Source of the DNA: Alphaproteobacteria bacterium | GTDB taxonomy: Bacteria; Pseudomonadota; Alphaproteobacteria; G965222575 | Assembly (NCBI GenBank): GCA_965222575.1 | Contig: OZ244958.1 | Coordinates: forward strand, 1,056,001-1,120,000 | Length of the DNA stretch: 64,000 nt | Direction of reading: 5' to 3' | Shown here: positions 9,186 to 19,905 of the stretch, in pieces | How positions within the stretch are numbered: the stretch's first letter is position 1 | How the letters are laid out: each line of letters begins with the position of its first letter | Position numbers and translations under genes: made by a program | Notes under the pieces: model-generated | The model's database searches: none | Told to the model about the DNA's origin: nothing | What the model saw: only the letters and a program-made list of their open reading frames with translations

Positions 9186-10001
9186 ATGAAGGAGTTACAA
9201 TCGGGGATAGAGAGTCTGTGGGAGAATCGGTCTTCACTTGATTGGCATCAGGATAGAGGGGCCTGTTTACTTGTGGAGGAAGTGATAGAGGGGTTAGACA
9301 GAGGGGATTTGCGGGTAGTGGAGCAGGATTGCCATGGGGGTTGGCAGGTTTGTGAGTGGTTGAAGAAAGGGATTTTGTTGTCCTTTTCTTTTTATAGCAT
9401 GAAGGTGAAGAGGGGGTATTGGTATGATAAGATTCCGCTTAAGGTAGAGGATTGGGAGGAGAGGAATTTTAAGCGTATGGGTGTGCGGATGGTACCTGGG
9501 AGTATTGTACGCAAGGGCAGTTTTGTAGAGAGTGGGGCGATTTTAATGCCTTGTTTTATCAATGTTGGCGCTTGGGTTGGGAGAGGGAGTATGATTGATA
9601 CTTGGTCTACGGTTGGGTCTTGTGCTTATGTAGGTCGTGGGTGTCATATTTCTGGGGGAGTAGGGTTAGGAGGGGTATTAGAGCCACTACAGAGTCGTCC
9701 GGTGATTATAGAGGATGAGTGTTTTATTGGGGCGCGCAGTGAGATTGCTGAAGGGGTTATAGTGGGGAAGGGGAGTGTGATTGCTATGGGGGTTATGTTG
9801 GGGGCGTCTACTAAAATTATTCATCGTGAGACGGGGGAGATTTTTCAGGGTTGCGTACCGCCTTTTTCAGTGATTGTTCCGGGGGCGTTTAAGGATAGGC
9901 GTTGTGAGGGGGTTTCTTTAGGGGCTGCGGTGATTGTGAAGACGGTGGATGAAGGCACGCGAAAGAAGACCTCTATTAATGACCTTTTAAGAGATATTTG
10001 A
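9186..10001 (+). CDS. dapD: Tetrahydrodipicolinate N-succinyltransferase
   Basis: YDKIPLK, IDTWSTVGSCA, GGVLEPLQ and KTSINDLLR motifs. Confidence 0.97.
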   Translation: MKELQSGIESLWENRSSLDWHQDRGACLLVEEVIEGLDRGDLRVVEQDCHGGWQVCEWLKKGILLSFSFYSMKVKRGYWYDKIPLKVEDWEERNFKRMGVRMVPGSIVRKGSFVESGAILMPCFINVGAWVGRGSMIDTWSTVGSCAYVGRGCHISGGVGLGGVLEPLQSRPVIIEDECFIGARSEIAEGVIVGKGSVIAMGVMLGASTKIIHRETGEIFQGCVPPFSVIVPGAFKDRRCEGVSLGAAVIVKTVDEGTRKKTSINDLLRDI

Positions 10002-11168
10002 TGTCTTTTTGTCCAGTGGAGTTAGCGCGCCTTTTGTTGCGGGTTCCGTCTGTTACGCCTGCGCCTCTTAAAGCATTTACGCCTTTAGAGGCAGTGTTAA
10101 AGCCGGTGGGATTTCAGTGGCGAGTCCTGTCTTTGAGTGAGAAAAATTCTCCCTCTGTTTACAATGTTCTTGCTTTTTTTGGTCAAGGGAAGCCTCATTT
10201 TTGCTTTAGTGGCCACCTTGATGTTGTGCCTCCCGGTGATGAAAAATGGAGATACCCTCCTTTTAGCGGAGAGGTGAAAGAGGGGGTCTTGTGGGGGAGA
10301 GGGGCAGTTGATATGAAAGGTGCTGTTGCTGCTTTTGGGGTAGCAGCCGGAAAGTTTTGCGCTACAGAGGATTTTCAAGGCACTGTGAGTATGCTGCTCA
10401 CAGCTGATGAAGAGGGAGAGGCCACTTGTGGTACTGTCAAAGCCTTACAATGGATGCTCAATCATAGTAGCTCTTCTCTTCCACCTCCTTCTCTTGTTCT
10501 TGTAGGCGAGCCTACCAATCCTGCACAATTTGGAGAGATGATAAAAATTGGCAGGCGGGGGTCTTTTTCCGGAGAACTCTCCTTTTTTGCTCCCTCCAAG
10601 CATGTGGCTTATGGAACAGTGCGCGATAATCCTATTTTTCCCCTTCTTTGTGTTTTGAAGACCTTATCCTTGACTCCTATAGAAGCTGGTAGCGACTATT
10701 TTGAACCCTCCTCTTTTCAGGTGACTTCTCTTGATGCTAGAAGTGTAGCCCCTAATGTAACGCCTGAAAAAGCGACTTGTGCTTTTAATATACGGTTTTC
10801 ACCTTTGATGAATGAGGAGAAGATTATAAAGGCTATTGAGACTGTTTGCGCTGACTGCGTGTGAAAATTATACGCTTCGTGGGCGCGTGAATTGTGAGCC
10901 CTTTCTAAGCCCTCTTTCTTGGGAGGCTAAGATGCTAGCGTCCATAGTCAAGAAGGTGACCAAAATTTCCCCTGTGTTTGACACTAAGGGAGGAACATCT
11001 GATGGACGTTTTTTCGCGCCCCTTTGCCCTGTAATAGAGTTTGGATTAGTGGGGCAGACCATGCATCAGGTTAATGAGCGGGTGGCTGTAGATCATCTTC
11101 ATAGTCTTGCTACAATTTATGAGCGATTTTTAAGGGCTTATTTTTCCGCTACTTCTTCATCACTGTAG
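10001..11168 (+). pseudogene. dapE: Succinyl-diaminopimelate desuccinylase, split by a +1 frameshift at about 10827-10864 (real lesion or assembly error)
   Basis: GHLDVVP, GRGAVDMKG, DEE and GEPT in the first frame; GGTSDGRF, EFGLVG and MHQVNE in the next frame. Confidence 0.85.
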
Positions 11169-11416
11169 AGTTTTAGTTCTAAAGCATGAAGACCGTCTTT
11201 TATGTCTTGGGCTAAGGTTTTATAGACCATGCGCTGTCTTTCGAGGGCGGATTCTCCTCTGAAAGCTTTTGAGGCCATGGAAACAAAAAAATGACTTTCT
11301 CCGCCTGTTAGACCATGGTGGTGGTCTTTGTGGGTTGCGGAGTGATTTTCAATGACCAGGTGTGTTGGCTTGAAGGTGCGTGTGAGTTTTTCTCTTAATT
11401 TATCAGCTATTTTCAT
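11138..11416 (-). CDS. bolA: BolA family protein
   Basis: GGESHF, F.G.SALERQRMVY and LHALEL motifs. Confidence 0.93.
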   Translation of the reverse strand: MKIADKLREKLTRTFKPTHLVIENHSATHKDHHHGLTGGESHFFVSMASKAFRGESALERQRMVYKTLAQDIKDGLHALELKLYSDEEVAEK

Positions 11417-11494
11417 AGAGTATCTGTAGCAAAAAAACTATAAAAAAGCGAATTTTTTTGTTAAACTTCCTTTTTTAAGTTGGGATGGTGTTTT

Positions 11495-12481
11495 ATGTCT
11501 TATTCTGAAGAGGCGAAAACTCGTCTGCGTCGGAAGTCTATTTTTGTAGAAAAAACCTTTGGGATTGCTTCTTCTTGGGAAGTGCAGGGGTTTGAATCCC
11601 CCCCTTATGAAGAGTTTGCTCCTATTGTGGAGGAGGGCTATGTCTTTGATAGAACAACGACCTTATCAATTTTAGCGGGATTTGAGCATAACAGACGTGT
11701 GTTTGTTCAAGGGCTTCATGGGACAGGCAAGTCTACCCATATAGAGCAAGTAGCAGCGCGTCTTAATTGGCCTGTGATACGATTGAATTTAGATGGTCAT
11801 GTGAGTCGTCTGGATTTGATAGGTCGGGATGTCATTACTGTAGAGGATAATCATCAGGTGACGCGTTTTTCTGAGGGGTTGATTCCCTTTGCGTTGAGGC
11901 GTCCTATTGCCTTGGTTTTAGATGAATACGATGCGGGGCGTCCTGATGTGATGTTTGTCATTCAACAGTTGCTAGAGGAGAAAGGGCGCCTAACGGTCTT
12001 AGAGAAGAATGAAGTGGTCACTCCGCACCCTTTCTTTAGGATTTTTGCAACGGCTAATACTTCTGGCATGGGGGATTCTTTAGGGATATATCATGGCACG
12101 GAAGTGTTGAATCAAGGACAGATTGACCGGTGGCATATTGTGACCTCTTTATCGTATTTACCGCCCTTGCAAGAGGAAAAGATTATTTTACAAAAAGTGC
12201 CGCATTTGCAAGATTCTTATAAAGGGTTGGAAAAAACGCTTGTGTCTTTTGCGAATTTGGTACGGGCTTCTTTTTTAGCTGGAGATGTTTCTGTGACGTT
12301 ATCGCCTCGTACTGTTGTGATGTGGGCGGAGAATACCTTAATATTTCAAGATGTGGTGAAGGCTTTTGAGGTGACCTTTTTCAATAAGTGCGATACGGAG
12401 AGCTACCCTGTGATAGCAGAGCTCTATCAACGTGTTTTTGGAGTAGAGCTCAAGAGTTCTGTGGTGCATCATTTGCCATGA
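11495..12481 (+). CDS. cobS: CobS-like AAA+ ATPase
   Basis: GLHGTGKSTHIEQVAARLNWP, DEYDAGRPDVMFVIQ, SPRTV..WAEN. Confidence 0.93.
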   Translation: MSYSEEAKTRLRRKSIFVEKTFGIASSWEVQGFESPPYEEFAPIVEEGYVFDRTTTLSILAGFEHNRRVFVQGLHGTGKSTHIEQVAARLNWPVIRLNLDGHVSRLDLIGRDVITVEDNHQVTRFSEGLIPFALRRPIALVLDEYDAGRPDVMFVIQQLLEEKGRLTVLEKNEVVTPHPFFRIFATANTSGMGDSLGIYHGTEVLNQGQIDRWHIVTSLSYLPPLQEEKIILQKVPHLQDSYKGLEKTLVSFANLVRASFLAGDVSVTLSPRTVVMWAENTLIFQDVVKAFEVTFFNKCDTESYPVIAELYQRVFGVELKSSVVHHLP

Positions 12482-14124
12482 AAAAGCCCTTACAAGAGGT
12501 ATTGGAGAAAACTGCCATTGCCTTATCTGGAGGAGTGAAGGAAGGGATAAGAGAGGTGGGTTTTTCTTCACTTGATACGAAGTTGTCTTTTATGGAGGGG
12601 CGTGGGGAGTGGGATTTTTGGGCTCTTTTGCAGCGCTTTGGGGGAGGGGAAATAGGCGCGGGCTGGAGAGAGAGTATGGAGGAGGTACGTTTAGAGGCTT
12701 TGGGATTTTGTTGGCGTGGTGTGGCTGATAATCTGATGTGGAGAATCAAAGCTCAGGAAGGCTCTTTACAGGCTCTTTTTCAGAGGGAAAGCTGTCAGTT
12801 ACTAGCGAAACAGAAGATGGCGTTGCGGGCGTTTTTGAGGGAGAGTTTTTTGCCTTATACTTCTCCTTTTTTAGGGCTTTGGAGTCATTGGATACAGGGC
12901 ATAGCGGAGAAGAAGAAAGAGGCGCTTTACAGACTGAGGGATGAGATGAAAGACTTGTTACGAAATAGGGAAGCCTACCAAGAGCGTTGTCTAGAGTTAG
13001 AGCGGCTTCTCATGACTTTACTGGAGGAGGAGAAAGAGAAAACTCCCCATGGGAAGGACTCCTCTGTTTTGGAGAAGCCTCAGAAGAGGCCTTTAGAAAG
13101 CAAAGCTCGTCGTCTGTCTTTGAAGCAAAGCAAGGCTGTGGCGGAAGGGGCTGTTAGGGGTTCTCTTCAAGGGCAAGAGGAGAGGCATTATAAGGTCTAT
13201 ACGCGCTCATTTGACCGGGTCAAGCATGCTACTGAGTTAAGTGATAGGGAATCCCTTGTGACGTTGGAGAGGATATTGGATAAAGAAAGTCAAGTTCTTA
13301 GGGGTTTGCCTCTTCGTTTATCGAAAAAGTTGGTAAGACTTCTTCAGCATCAACAGCGCTACAAGTGGCATTTTGATTGTGAAACGGGATATTTGCATGC
13401 TGGTCGACTCCATTGTTTGGCAACGAGTAAGAGGAAAGATTATCTGTATCGTTGGCAAGAACAGGCGCCTTTTCCGAATACCTCTGTTAGTCTTTTAGTA
13501 GATAACTCAGGCTCCATGCGGGGGCGTCCCATTTTATTAGCTGCTGTAGCAGTGGATTTATTAATCAAAACGCTGGAAAAGTGTCGTATTCCTTGTGATG
13601 TTTTAGGCTTTACCACAACAGAATGGAAAGGAGGTCGTTGTCGGCGAAAATGGATTGAGGACGGAATGCCTTGTTATCCGGGGCGATTAAATGAGCTGTT
13701 GCATATCATTTACAAACCCTTTCAAAGTTCTTGGCGCAACAAGAGGAGGGGATTAGCACTTATGTTACAGGAGAGTTTATTGAAAGAAAATATTGATGGT
13801 GAGGCTTTGTTATGGGCGAGTAAGCGTTTGATGATGCGTAGAAGCCAGAGACAAATTCTCATGGTGATTTCTGATGGAGACCCTGTTGATGATGCTACCA
13901 CTGTAGCTAATACGCACGGGTTCTTATCCTCTCATTTACGGCATGTGATTCACCAGATACAAACGCGTACTCTCATAGAGCTTGTCGCCATAGGGATTGG
14001 ACATAATGTGGGGCAGTATTATGAGAAATCTGTAGAGATTCGCAGTGTTGAGGAGCTTCCTGTTGTTATGATGGAGTCCTTTTTGGCGTTATTTTCTTCT
14101 CCTGAAGGAGGTAAAGCAGGCTAA
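12478..14124 (+). CDS. cobT: CobT-like vWA-domain protein
   Basis: ATGA overlap with the cobS stop; DNSGSMRGRPI MIDAS, KENIDGEAL, ISDGDPVDD, AIGIGH. Confidence 0.9.
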   Translation: MKKPLQEVLEKTAIALSGGVKEGIREVGFSSLDTKLSFMEGRGEWDFWALLQRFGGGEIGAGWRESMEEVRLEALGFCWRGVADNLMWRIKAQEGSLQALFQRESCQLLAKQKMALRAFLRESFLPYTSPFLGLWSHWIQGIAEKKKEALYRLRDEMKDLLRNREAYQERCLELERLLMTLLEEEKEKTPHGKDSSVLEKPQKRPLESKARRLSLKQSKAVAEGAVRGSLQGQEERHYKVYTRSFDRVKHATELSDRESLVTLERILDKESQVLRGLPLRLSKKLVRLLQHQQRYKWHFDCETGYLHAGRLHCLATSKRKDYLYRWQEQAPFPNTSVSLLVDNSGSMRGRPILLAAVAVDLLIKTLEKCRIPCDVLGFTTTEWKGGRCRRKWIEDGMPCYPGRLNELLHIIYKPFQSSWRNKRRGLALMLQESLLKENIDGEALLWASKRLMMRRSQRQILMVISDGDPVDDATTVANTHGFLSSHLRHVIHQIQTRTLIELVAIGIGHNVGQYYEKSVEIRSVEELPVVMMESFLALFSSPEGGKAG

Positions 14125-14617
14125 ATTTGTAGGGAATCAGGACGATGAGGGCGACACTCCATTTGACGAATAGGTCTCCTATGGCCCATGTAACCCAAGG
14201 AAGTGATGTGCCAATGAAGGCTATGGAAAAGAAAAGGCTTGTGTCTAAGACGGAAGCGAAGGAAGAGGAGAACAAAGGGGCTTTCCACCATTGTTTGGTT
14301 TTTTTTAGCAGTCGTTGGAAGAGGGTTATATCTATCATTTGGGCTGTGAAGAAGGCCGTACCGGAGGCTATAGCAATGCGGGGATTGGCGGTCATAGAAA
14401 GGACGACGCCTAGAGCGAAGCCAAGCAGCACAATATATCTTGCTGTTTTTGGGCCGTGAATTCTTGTGGTGATATCTGTTACTAAGAAAGCAAAGGGATA
14501 GGAGAAAGCCCCCCATGTTAACCAGTTATTGATAGGAAATTGCACCAAAATGTTAGAGATGAAGACCACAAGCCCCATGGCTATCATACTGACAATCAGA
14601 GTGTTCTTATGTGTCAT
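14066..14617 (-). CDS. VUT family (YhhQ-like) queuosine precursor transporter
   Basis: SNILVQ, LTWGAFSYPFAFLVTD, RIAIAS..AF..AQ..D and DT..FF..AF motifs. Confidence 0.87.
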   Translation of the reverse strand: MTHKNTLIVSMIAMGLVVFISNILVQFPINNWLTWGAFSYPFAFLVTDITTRIHGPKTARYIVLLGFALGVVLSMTANPRIAIASGTAFFTAQMIDITLFQRLLKKTKQWWKAPLFSSSFASVLDTSLFFSIAFIGTSLPWVTWAIGDLFVKWSVALIVLIPYKFSLLYLLQEKKITPKRTPS

Positions 14618-14680
14618 GTTCTATTATTCGAAAATAAGCTTTTTGTCCTTAGAGCCTGAAAAATGTTGATAATTTTTGTC

Positions 14681-14992
14681 TTATGTGGCGGAAGGGGGTG
14701 AAGGAGGTTTTTGTGCTAAGGTTTTGAGAACTTGCCTTTGGAGTCGTTGTCCAGAAGGTGATAATTTTCGTTTTTTGAATCGTTCTAGGAATCCATCGAT
14801 TCCGCCATATTTATCGATAGTGCGCATTGTGGAGCGGGCGACATTGCAGGAGATTTTTCGTCCTAACACTTGAGAAGAGAAAGAAACTTTTGAGACATTT
14901 GGTAGAAACTGGTGGCAATTTTTTTTATGGGAATGGCTTACCCTGTTTCCGCTTAGAGAGGCTTTGTCGGTTAAATAGCATTTTCGGGACAT
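14681..14992 (-). CDS. rpmB: 50S ribosomal protein L28
   Basis: MSRKC.LT, GNRVSHS, FLPN, GGIDGFL. Confidence 0.95.
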   Translation of the reverse strand: MSRKCYLTDKASLSGNRVSHSHKKNCHQFLPNVSKVSFSSQVLGRKISCNVARSTMRTIDKYGGIDGFLERFKKRKLSPSGQRLQRQVLKTLAQKPPSPPSAT

Positions 14993-15222
14993 GAGACGGC
15001 ACTATCAATAATGTTGTTGAGGAAGTTTTAGAGATAGGAAGCGATCAACTTTTTTTTTGGCATTTCTCTTTATAGCATTGAAGCCCTATGGTTATGGGGA
15101 AGAGAGTAGCTTTGGACAGGATAGAGAAGGCCTTGTGTTTTGTCAACGGGTGCTTTCTTATTGTTGATATTTTCGCTATGGTGTGTACAATGGGGGGGTG
15201 AAGTAAGATAAAAGGGATTTTT

Positions 15223-15783
15223 ATGGTGTTATTGAAAGGGAAAGGGGGGGTCTTTTTGGTGTTACTTGGGCTTTTATTGATAGCTGGATGCATGAAGTCT
15301 AAAGAAAAGGTGACGGTGGTCTCTTCTGAAGGAGAGACTGTGACTCTAGAGTCTGTGCCTCCAGAGATTATGTCTCCAGAGACTGTGCCTTTAGAGGCTG
15401 TGTCTCTAGAGACTGTGCCTCTAGAGGCTGTGTCTTCTGAAGATGTTGTTGTTCATTCTTATTTATGGAAGGGGGCTTTACAAACGCTTTCAAAGCTACC
15501 GTTGCACTTGACAGACCCTATAGGAGGCGTTGTAACCACGGAGTGGTTTTCTCTTCCAGCAGCACCTGAATATCAGCAAAAGATAGAAGTCTATTTTCTA
15601 GGCAGTACCTTAACCCCTTCCTCTCTTAAGGTGGTGGTTTTACAGAAGAAGCAAGAGGGGAATCAGTGGCTTCTCAGCACGCCTTCTCCTGTGGTGGCTA
15701 CCAAGATTGAAGAGAAGATTCTGGAAGAGGCTTACGGACTAGAAACTCGTACAATTCTCAAGAAGAAGAAGAGAAAAGATTGA
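15223..15783 (+). CDS. DUF3576-like lipoprotein with a repeat linker
   Basis: LIAGC lipobox; YLWKGALQTL...DPIGGVVTTEWF; upstream of leuS. Confidence 0.82.
   Translation: MVLLKGKGGVFLVLLGLLLIAGCMKSKEKVTVVSSEGETVTLESVPPEIMSPETVPLEAVSLETVPLEAVSSEDVVVHSYLWKGALQTLSKLPLHLTDPIGGVVTTEWFSLPAAPEYQQKIEVYFLGSTLTPSSLKVVVLQKKQEGNQWLLSTPSPVVATKIEEKILEEAYGLETRTILKKKKRKD
15334..15438 (+). repeat. 7 x 15-bp in-frame degenerate tandem repeat (gagactgtgcctcta, ETVPL-like)
   Basis: Units start at 15334, 15349, 15364, 15379, 15394, 15409 and 15424. Confidence 0.9.
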
Positions 15784-15825
15784 TGCTTTCATGCCTTAGA
15801 CGGGCTTTAAGTTAAGAGAGAAACC

Positions 15826-18387
15826 ATGACGATTACTGGTGCTAAAGCTATGGAAGAGCGCTGGCATAAGGCTTGGTTGAGAGAGAAATGTTTTGAAAGC
15901 GTTGCTTCTACTGGGTGTGTGAAGAGGCGTTATGTTCTTGAGATGTTTCCTTATCCTTCGGGTCGCATTCATATGGGGCATGTCCGTAATTACACCATAG
16001 GGGATGTTATTGCCCGTTTTTATCGTGCGCGCGGGTATTGTGTGTTGCATCCTATGGGGTGGGATGCTTTTGGATTGCCGGCGGAGAATGCGGCTAGGGA
16101 GCAGAATACCCCTGCTAGTCTTTGGACTTATGGGAATATTAAAGACATGCGTCAGCAATTACAATCTCTTGGGTTCTCTTTGGATTGGAGTAGAGAGTTT
16201 GCGACTTGCGATCCAGAGTATTATCGTTTTCAGCAGGAGATTTTTTTAGATTTTTTAGAGCATGGTATTGCTGTACGGAAAAAGATTTTTGTGAATTGGG
16301 ACCCTGTGGATGAAACGGTATTGTCCAATGAGCAGGTGATTGACGGAAAGGGCTGGCGTAGTGGGGTTGATGTTGAGAAAAGGGCGTTGAAGCAGTGGAC
16401 GCTTTGCATTTCTTCTTATGCTGATAAATTATTGAATAATCTCGATGCCCTAGAAAAGTGGCCTCTACATGTGAAAACAATGCAAAGAAATTGGATTGGA
16501 AAATCCTGCGGTGTACAGATAGATTTTGCTTTATGTGATGAAACGGGAAAAAGTACAGGGGAGGTACTTGAGGTGTTTACAACCCGCCCTGAAACCCTTT
16601 TTGGTGCTTCTTTTTTGGCTCTTGCTCCAGAGCATGAGCTCTTAGAAAAGATAGGAGGAAAGGAGGTTGAGGCTTTCATCAAACGCTATCAGCACCAGGG
16701 AAGGGTTTCTTTGGAAAAACACCCTAAAGAGGGGTTACCGCTTAACATTTATGCTCTTCATCCTTTCACAAAAGCTCTTTTGCCTGTTTATGTAGCGAAT
16801 TTTGTGATGATGACTCATGGAACGGGGGCTATTTTCTGTGTACCTGCCCATGACCAGAAAGATATGGATTTTGCGCAGGCTTATCACTTGCCTGTACGTC
16901 CTGTGATTTTCCCTTTACCTGAGGAAGAGATGCACAGAGCGTATTTTCAAAAAGGCAAAGCCTATACAGCTTTTGAAGGAACGGTGCACCACGCTGGGTT
17001 TTTAGATGGCTTAGATGTTGCGAAAGCAAGAGTTTCTATAACAAAGACCCTAGTGTCTCAAGGCATAGGCAAGGAAGTGAGCATGTTTCGTCTTAAGGAC
17101 TGGTGTATTTCTCGTCAACGGTATTGGGGGTGTCCCATTCCTGTAATTTATTGTCAACATTGTGGTGTTGTTCCCGTACCGCGAGAGCACCTCCCTGTCA
17201 AATTGCCCCAGACTGTGGATATTCATGTGAAAGGGAATCCGCTAAGTTATGGAGATTGGAAGGTAGTATCTTGTCCTATTTGTGAGGCAAGAGCTGAACG
17301 TGAAACAGATACTATGGATACTTTTGTGGATTCTTCTTGGTATTTCTTGCGTTTTACAGCACCAAAAGCAAAAAGAGCCATTGAGAAAGAAGCCCTACAA
17401 AAATGGGGGCGAGTTCATCATTATATCGGGGGCATTGAGCATGCGATTTTGCATCTTCTCTATGCGCGTTTCTTCCTATTAGCCATGAAAGATGTAGGCT
17501 ATGAGGTGGAAGAAGAGCCTTTCCTTCACCTTTTTACACAAGGGATGGTATGCCATAAAACCTTTTATCATAAGAGCTCTTCTCGTTGGATTACCCCGCT
17601 CGATGTGGAAATGAGAGGTAGTGAGGCTTTTTATAAGGGAGAAAAGCTTCAGATAGGACGTAGTGAAAAAATGAGCAAGTCCAAAAAAAATGTCATAGAC
17701 CCCCAGAATATTCTTAAGAAATATGGGGCGGATGCGGCACGTTGGTTTGTGCTAGCTGATTCCCCTCCTGAGAAAGATATGGAATGGACAGAGGTAGGGA
17801 TAAAAGGCAGTGTAGGGTTTTTACGCAAAATCACTCTCCTTGTTAGAAAGGCAATAGACAACAAGATGATACCCCCTCCTGAAGCGAAAAAACCTCCTGT
17901 TGTTGATGCGACCTTATATCGACAAACCCATCTTACGCTTCAAGGGATTTCAGAAGCCATAGAAGGCTTCAGATTTAATACAGCATTAGCAAAAATCCAT
18001 GTTTTTGTGACGTCTATAGAAACATTCATGAAGAAAGAAAAGAAAAGCTGGACTTTAAGGCATGCTTTGGAAGTGTTAGCGTCTGTGTTAATGCCCTTTG
18101 TCCCTCATTTAGCGGAAGAAATATGGTATCTGTTAGGCCATCGGACTCTTTTAGCGTCTTCCCCTTGGCCAACATGGGATGAAGAGGCTTGTGTGCGGGC
18201 TGAGGTGTCTTTGCCCGTACAGGTCAATGGGAAAAAGAGGGGCTGTTTATTCGTATCAACGCATATCAATGAACAACAAGCCTTACAACAGGCTCTAAAA
18301 CTTCCCGCTGTGGTGACAGCTTTGGGAGGGAAAACACCACATAAGGTGATTTTTATTCCTCAAAAAATCCTCAATATTGTCTCGTGA
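15826..18387 (+). CDS. leuS: Leucine--tRNA ligase
   Basis: [33 protein letters not shown] and KMSKS motifs. Confidence 0.98.
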   Translation: MTITGAKAMEERWHKAWLREKCFESVASTGCVKRRYVLEMFPYPSGRIHMGHVRNYTIGDVIARFYRARGYCVLHPMGWDAFGLPAENAAREQNTPASLWTYGNIKDMRQQLQSLGFSLDWSREFATCDPEYYRFQQEIFLDFLEHGIAVRKKIFVNWDPVDETVLSNEQVIDGKGWRSGVDVEKRALKQWTLCISSYADKLLNNLDALEKWPLHVKTMQRNWIGKSCGVQIDFALCDETGKSTGEVLEVFTTRPETLFGASFLALAPEHELLEKIGGKEVEAFIKRYQHQGRVSLEKHPKEGLPLNIYALHPFTKALLPVYVANFVMMTHGTGAIFCVPAHDQKDMDFAQAYHLPVRPVIFPLPEEEMHRAYFQKGKAYTAFEGTVHHAGFLDGLDVAKARVSITKTLVSQGIGKEVSMFRLKDWCISRQRYWGCPIPVIYCQHCGVVPVPREHLPVKLPQTVDIHVKGNPLSYGDWKVVSCPICEARAERETDTMDTFVDSSWYFLRFTAPKAKRAIEKEALQKWGRVHHYIGGIEHAILHLLYARFFLLAMKDVGYEVEEEPFLHLFTQGMVCHKTFYHKSSSRWITPLDVEMRGSEAFYKGEKLQIGRSEKMSKSKKNVIDPQNILKKYGADAARWFVLADSPPEKDMEWTEVGIKGSVGFLRKITLLVRKAIDNKMIPPPEAKKPPVVDATLYRQTHLTLQGISEAIEGFRFNTALAKIHVFVTSIETFMKKEKKSWTLRHALEVLASVLMPFVPHLAEEIWYLLGHRTLLASSPWPTWDEEACVRAEVSLPVQVNGKKRGCLFVSTHINEQQALQQALKLPAVVTALGGKTPHKVIFIPQKILNIVS

Positions 18388-18887
18388 CGCGTGAGATGAC
18401 CTTTTGTCCTCCTCTCTCTACTATAGCGCTGATGGGTGCCCTCGCTTTTTTGACAAATGCCTGCGCTTTTGTTCCTCTTTATATGGACAGGTCAAAAGCA
18501 AAGGATTTAGAGGCGGTCTTTTTTCTTGATACTGTCCATGGTCCGGGGAAAGAGTTGTTAGGCAATCGTTTAAGGGTAAGGTTGGGGAAGAAAGAGGAAA
18601 GCAAACAGCCTGTTAGGGTTGTCTTACAGGAAAGGATGGAGTCTGATTATCTTGTGATGGATAGGGAAAAGCCTTATGTGAGAAATTATGTACTGATGGC
18701 AAGTGTTGAGGTTGGGGGTAAGCAGTATCCCCTGAAAGCTAGTGTTTTGTCAGAAGAGAGTGTGGATGTTGTAGAAGATTATCTGTCTGTTAAAGAGGTA
18801 AGAGTGATTGCTATAGAGGTTTTGGAAGAAAAGATTCTGAAGTTGTTGCGATTTTTGTTAGGGGAGAGAGACAATGAAGATTCCTAA
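18384..18887 (+). CDS. lptE: LptE-like lipoprotein (divergent)
   Basis: [11 protein letters not shown] lipobox resembling LAGCGF.PLY; lies between leuS and holA. Confidence 0.62.
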   Translation: MTREMTFCPPLSTIALMGALAFLTNACAFVPLYMDRSKAKDLEAVFFLDTVHGPGKELLGNRLRVRLGKKEESKQPVRVVLQERMESDYLVMDREKPYVRNYVLMASVEVGGKQYPLKASVLSEESVDVVEDYLSVKEVRVIAIEVLEEKILKLLRFLLGERDNEDS

Positions 18888-19905
18888 TGCTCGTATAGAG
18901 GAATTTGTGAGGCGTGTCCCTGATGAGGTGGTGGGGGTGTTGTTTTATGGTCCTAATGGAGGGTTGGTGAGGGAATATGCCACTAGGGTTTATAAGCAGT
19001 GGACGGCAAAAGAGGAGGATCCGTTTTTGAATGAAGTGGTTGATGGAGAGGTGTTGGATAGGGAGAGAGCTTATCTTGCAACGGCTGTTGGGACGATATC
19101 CCTGTTAGGTGGCAGGCGATGTGTTTGGGTTAAGGGGGGGTGCAGTTCTCATGGGAAGGTCTTTCAAGAGGTGTTTCGGAAGGGGTTTAGCAACTGTGTT
19201 CTCTTGGTAGAAGCGGGTGTATTGCCTCCTTCTTCGAGTCTTCGCCTTTGTTTTGAGCAACAAAAGTGTTGTGCTTCTGTTGCGTGTTATGAAGATTCTC
19301 CTATTGGTGTAAGAAGGTTAGTAGAGCAGATGTTGCAAGAGGTTATGCTCTCACAGGAGGCGAAAGACTATATTGTGTCTGTTTTAGGTGCTGACAGAGA
19401 GCATAGTCGTACGGAGTTGGAGAAAATTGCTTTATATTGGCAGTCTACAGATTGTCAACGTCCTCTGTCTTTGGAGATTGTTGCGGCTCTTGTAGATGAT
19501 GAGGGTCATCGGGTCATTGAGGCTGTGGTGATGGGGTGTTATGGAGGGGATGTTGAGGGGGCGTATAAGGCTTTGTATCAGGCTTTGGAGGGAAGGGAAA
19601 GTACTATACGCGTGGTGAGGGCTTTAGGCAGATATGGCATGGAGTTGATGATGGTGAAGGAGGGGCTTATGCAAGAGAAGAGTTGGGTTGAGATTTTTGC
19701 TACTTTGGGGCGCGGAAGGCATTTTTTGGTACAAAAGCGCTTTGAAGAGCATAGTCAATTGTGGAGTTATAGGGACTTACAAAAAATCCTAAGGGCGGTT
19801 TTCCTAGCGGATATTGCATCTAAGGAAGGAAAGGGCAACACAAGTGTTTGTGAGCAGCTGGTTTTTCTGATAGGAAGACAGGTGCGGCGACTAGGGAAGC
19901 TGTAG
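18874..19905 (+). CDS. holA: DNA polymerase III delta subunit
   Basis: LFYGPNGGLVRE, ISLLGGRR.VWV, SSLR..FE, ELEKIALY; synteny with leuS. Confidence 0.9.
   Translation: MKIPNARIEEFVRRVPDEVVGVLFYGPNGGLVREYATRVYKQWTAKEEDPFLNEVVDGEVLDRERAYLATAVGTISLLGGRRCVWVKGGCSSHGKVFQEVFRKGFSNCVLLVEAGVLPPSSSLRLCFEQQKCCASVACYEDSPIGVRRLVEQMLQEVMLSQEAKDYIVSVLGADREHSRTELEKIALYWQSTDCQRPLSLEIVAALVDDEGHRVIEAVVMGCYGGDVEGAYKALYQALEGRESTIRVVRALGRYGMELMMVKEGLMQEKSWVEIFATLGRGRHFLVQKRFEEHSQLWSYRDLQKILRAVFLADIASKEGKGNTSVCEQLVFLIGRQVRRLGKL

Noticed and set aside
15088-15201. 37-aa ORF MVMGKRVALD... between rpmB and DUF3576
   Set aside because: No RBS or recognisable motif; lies in a probable divergent promoter region
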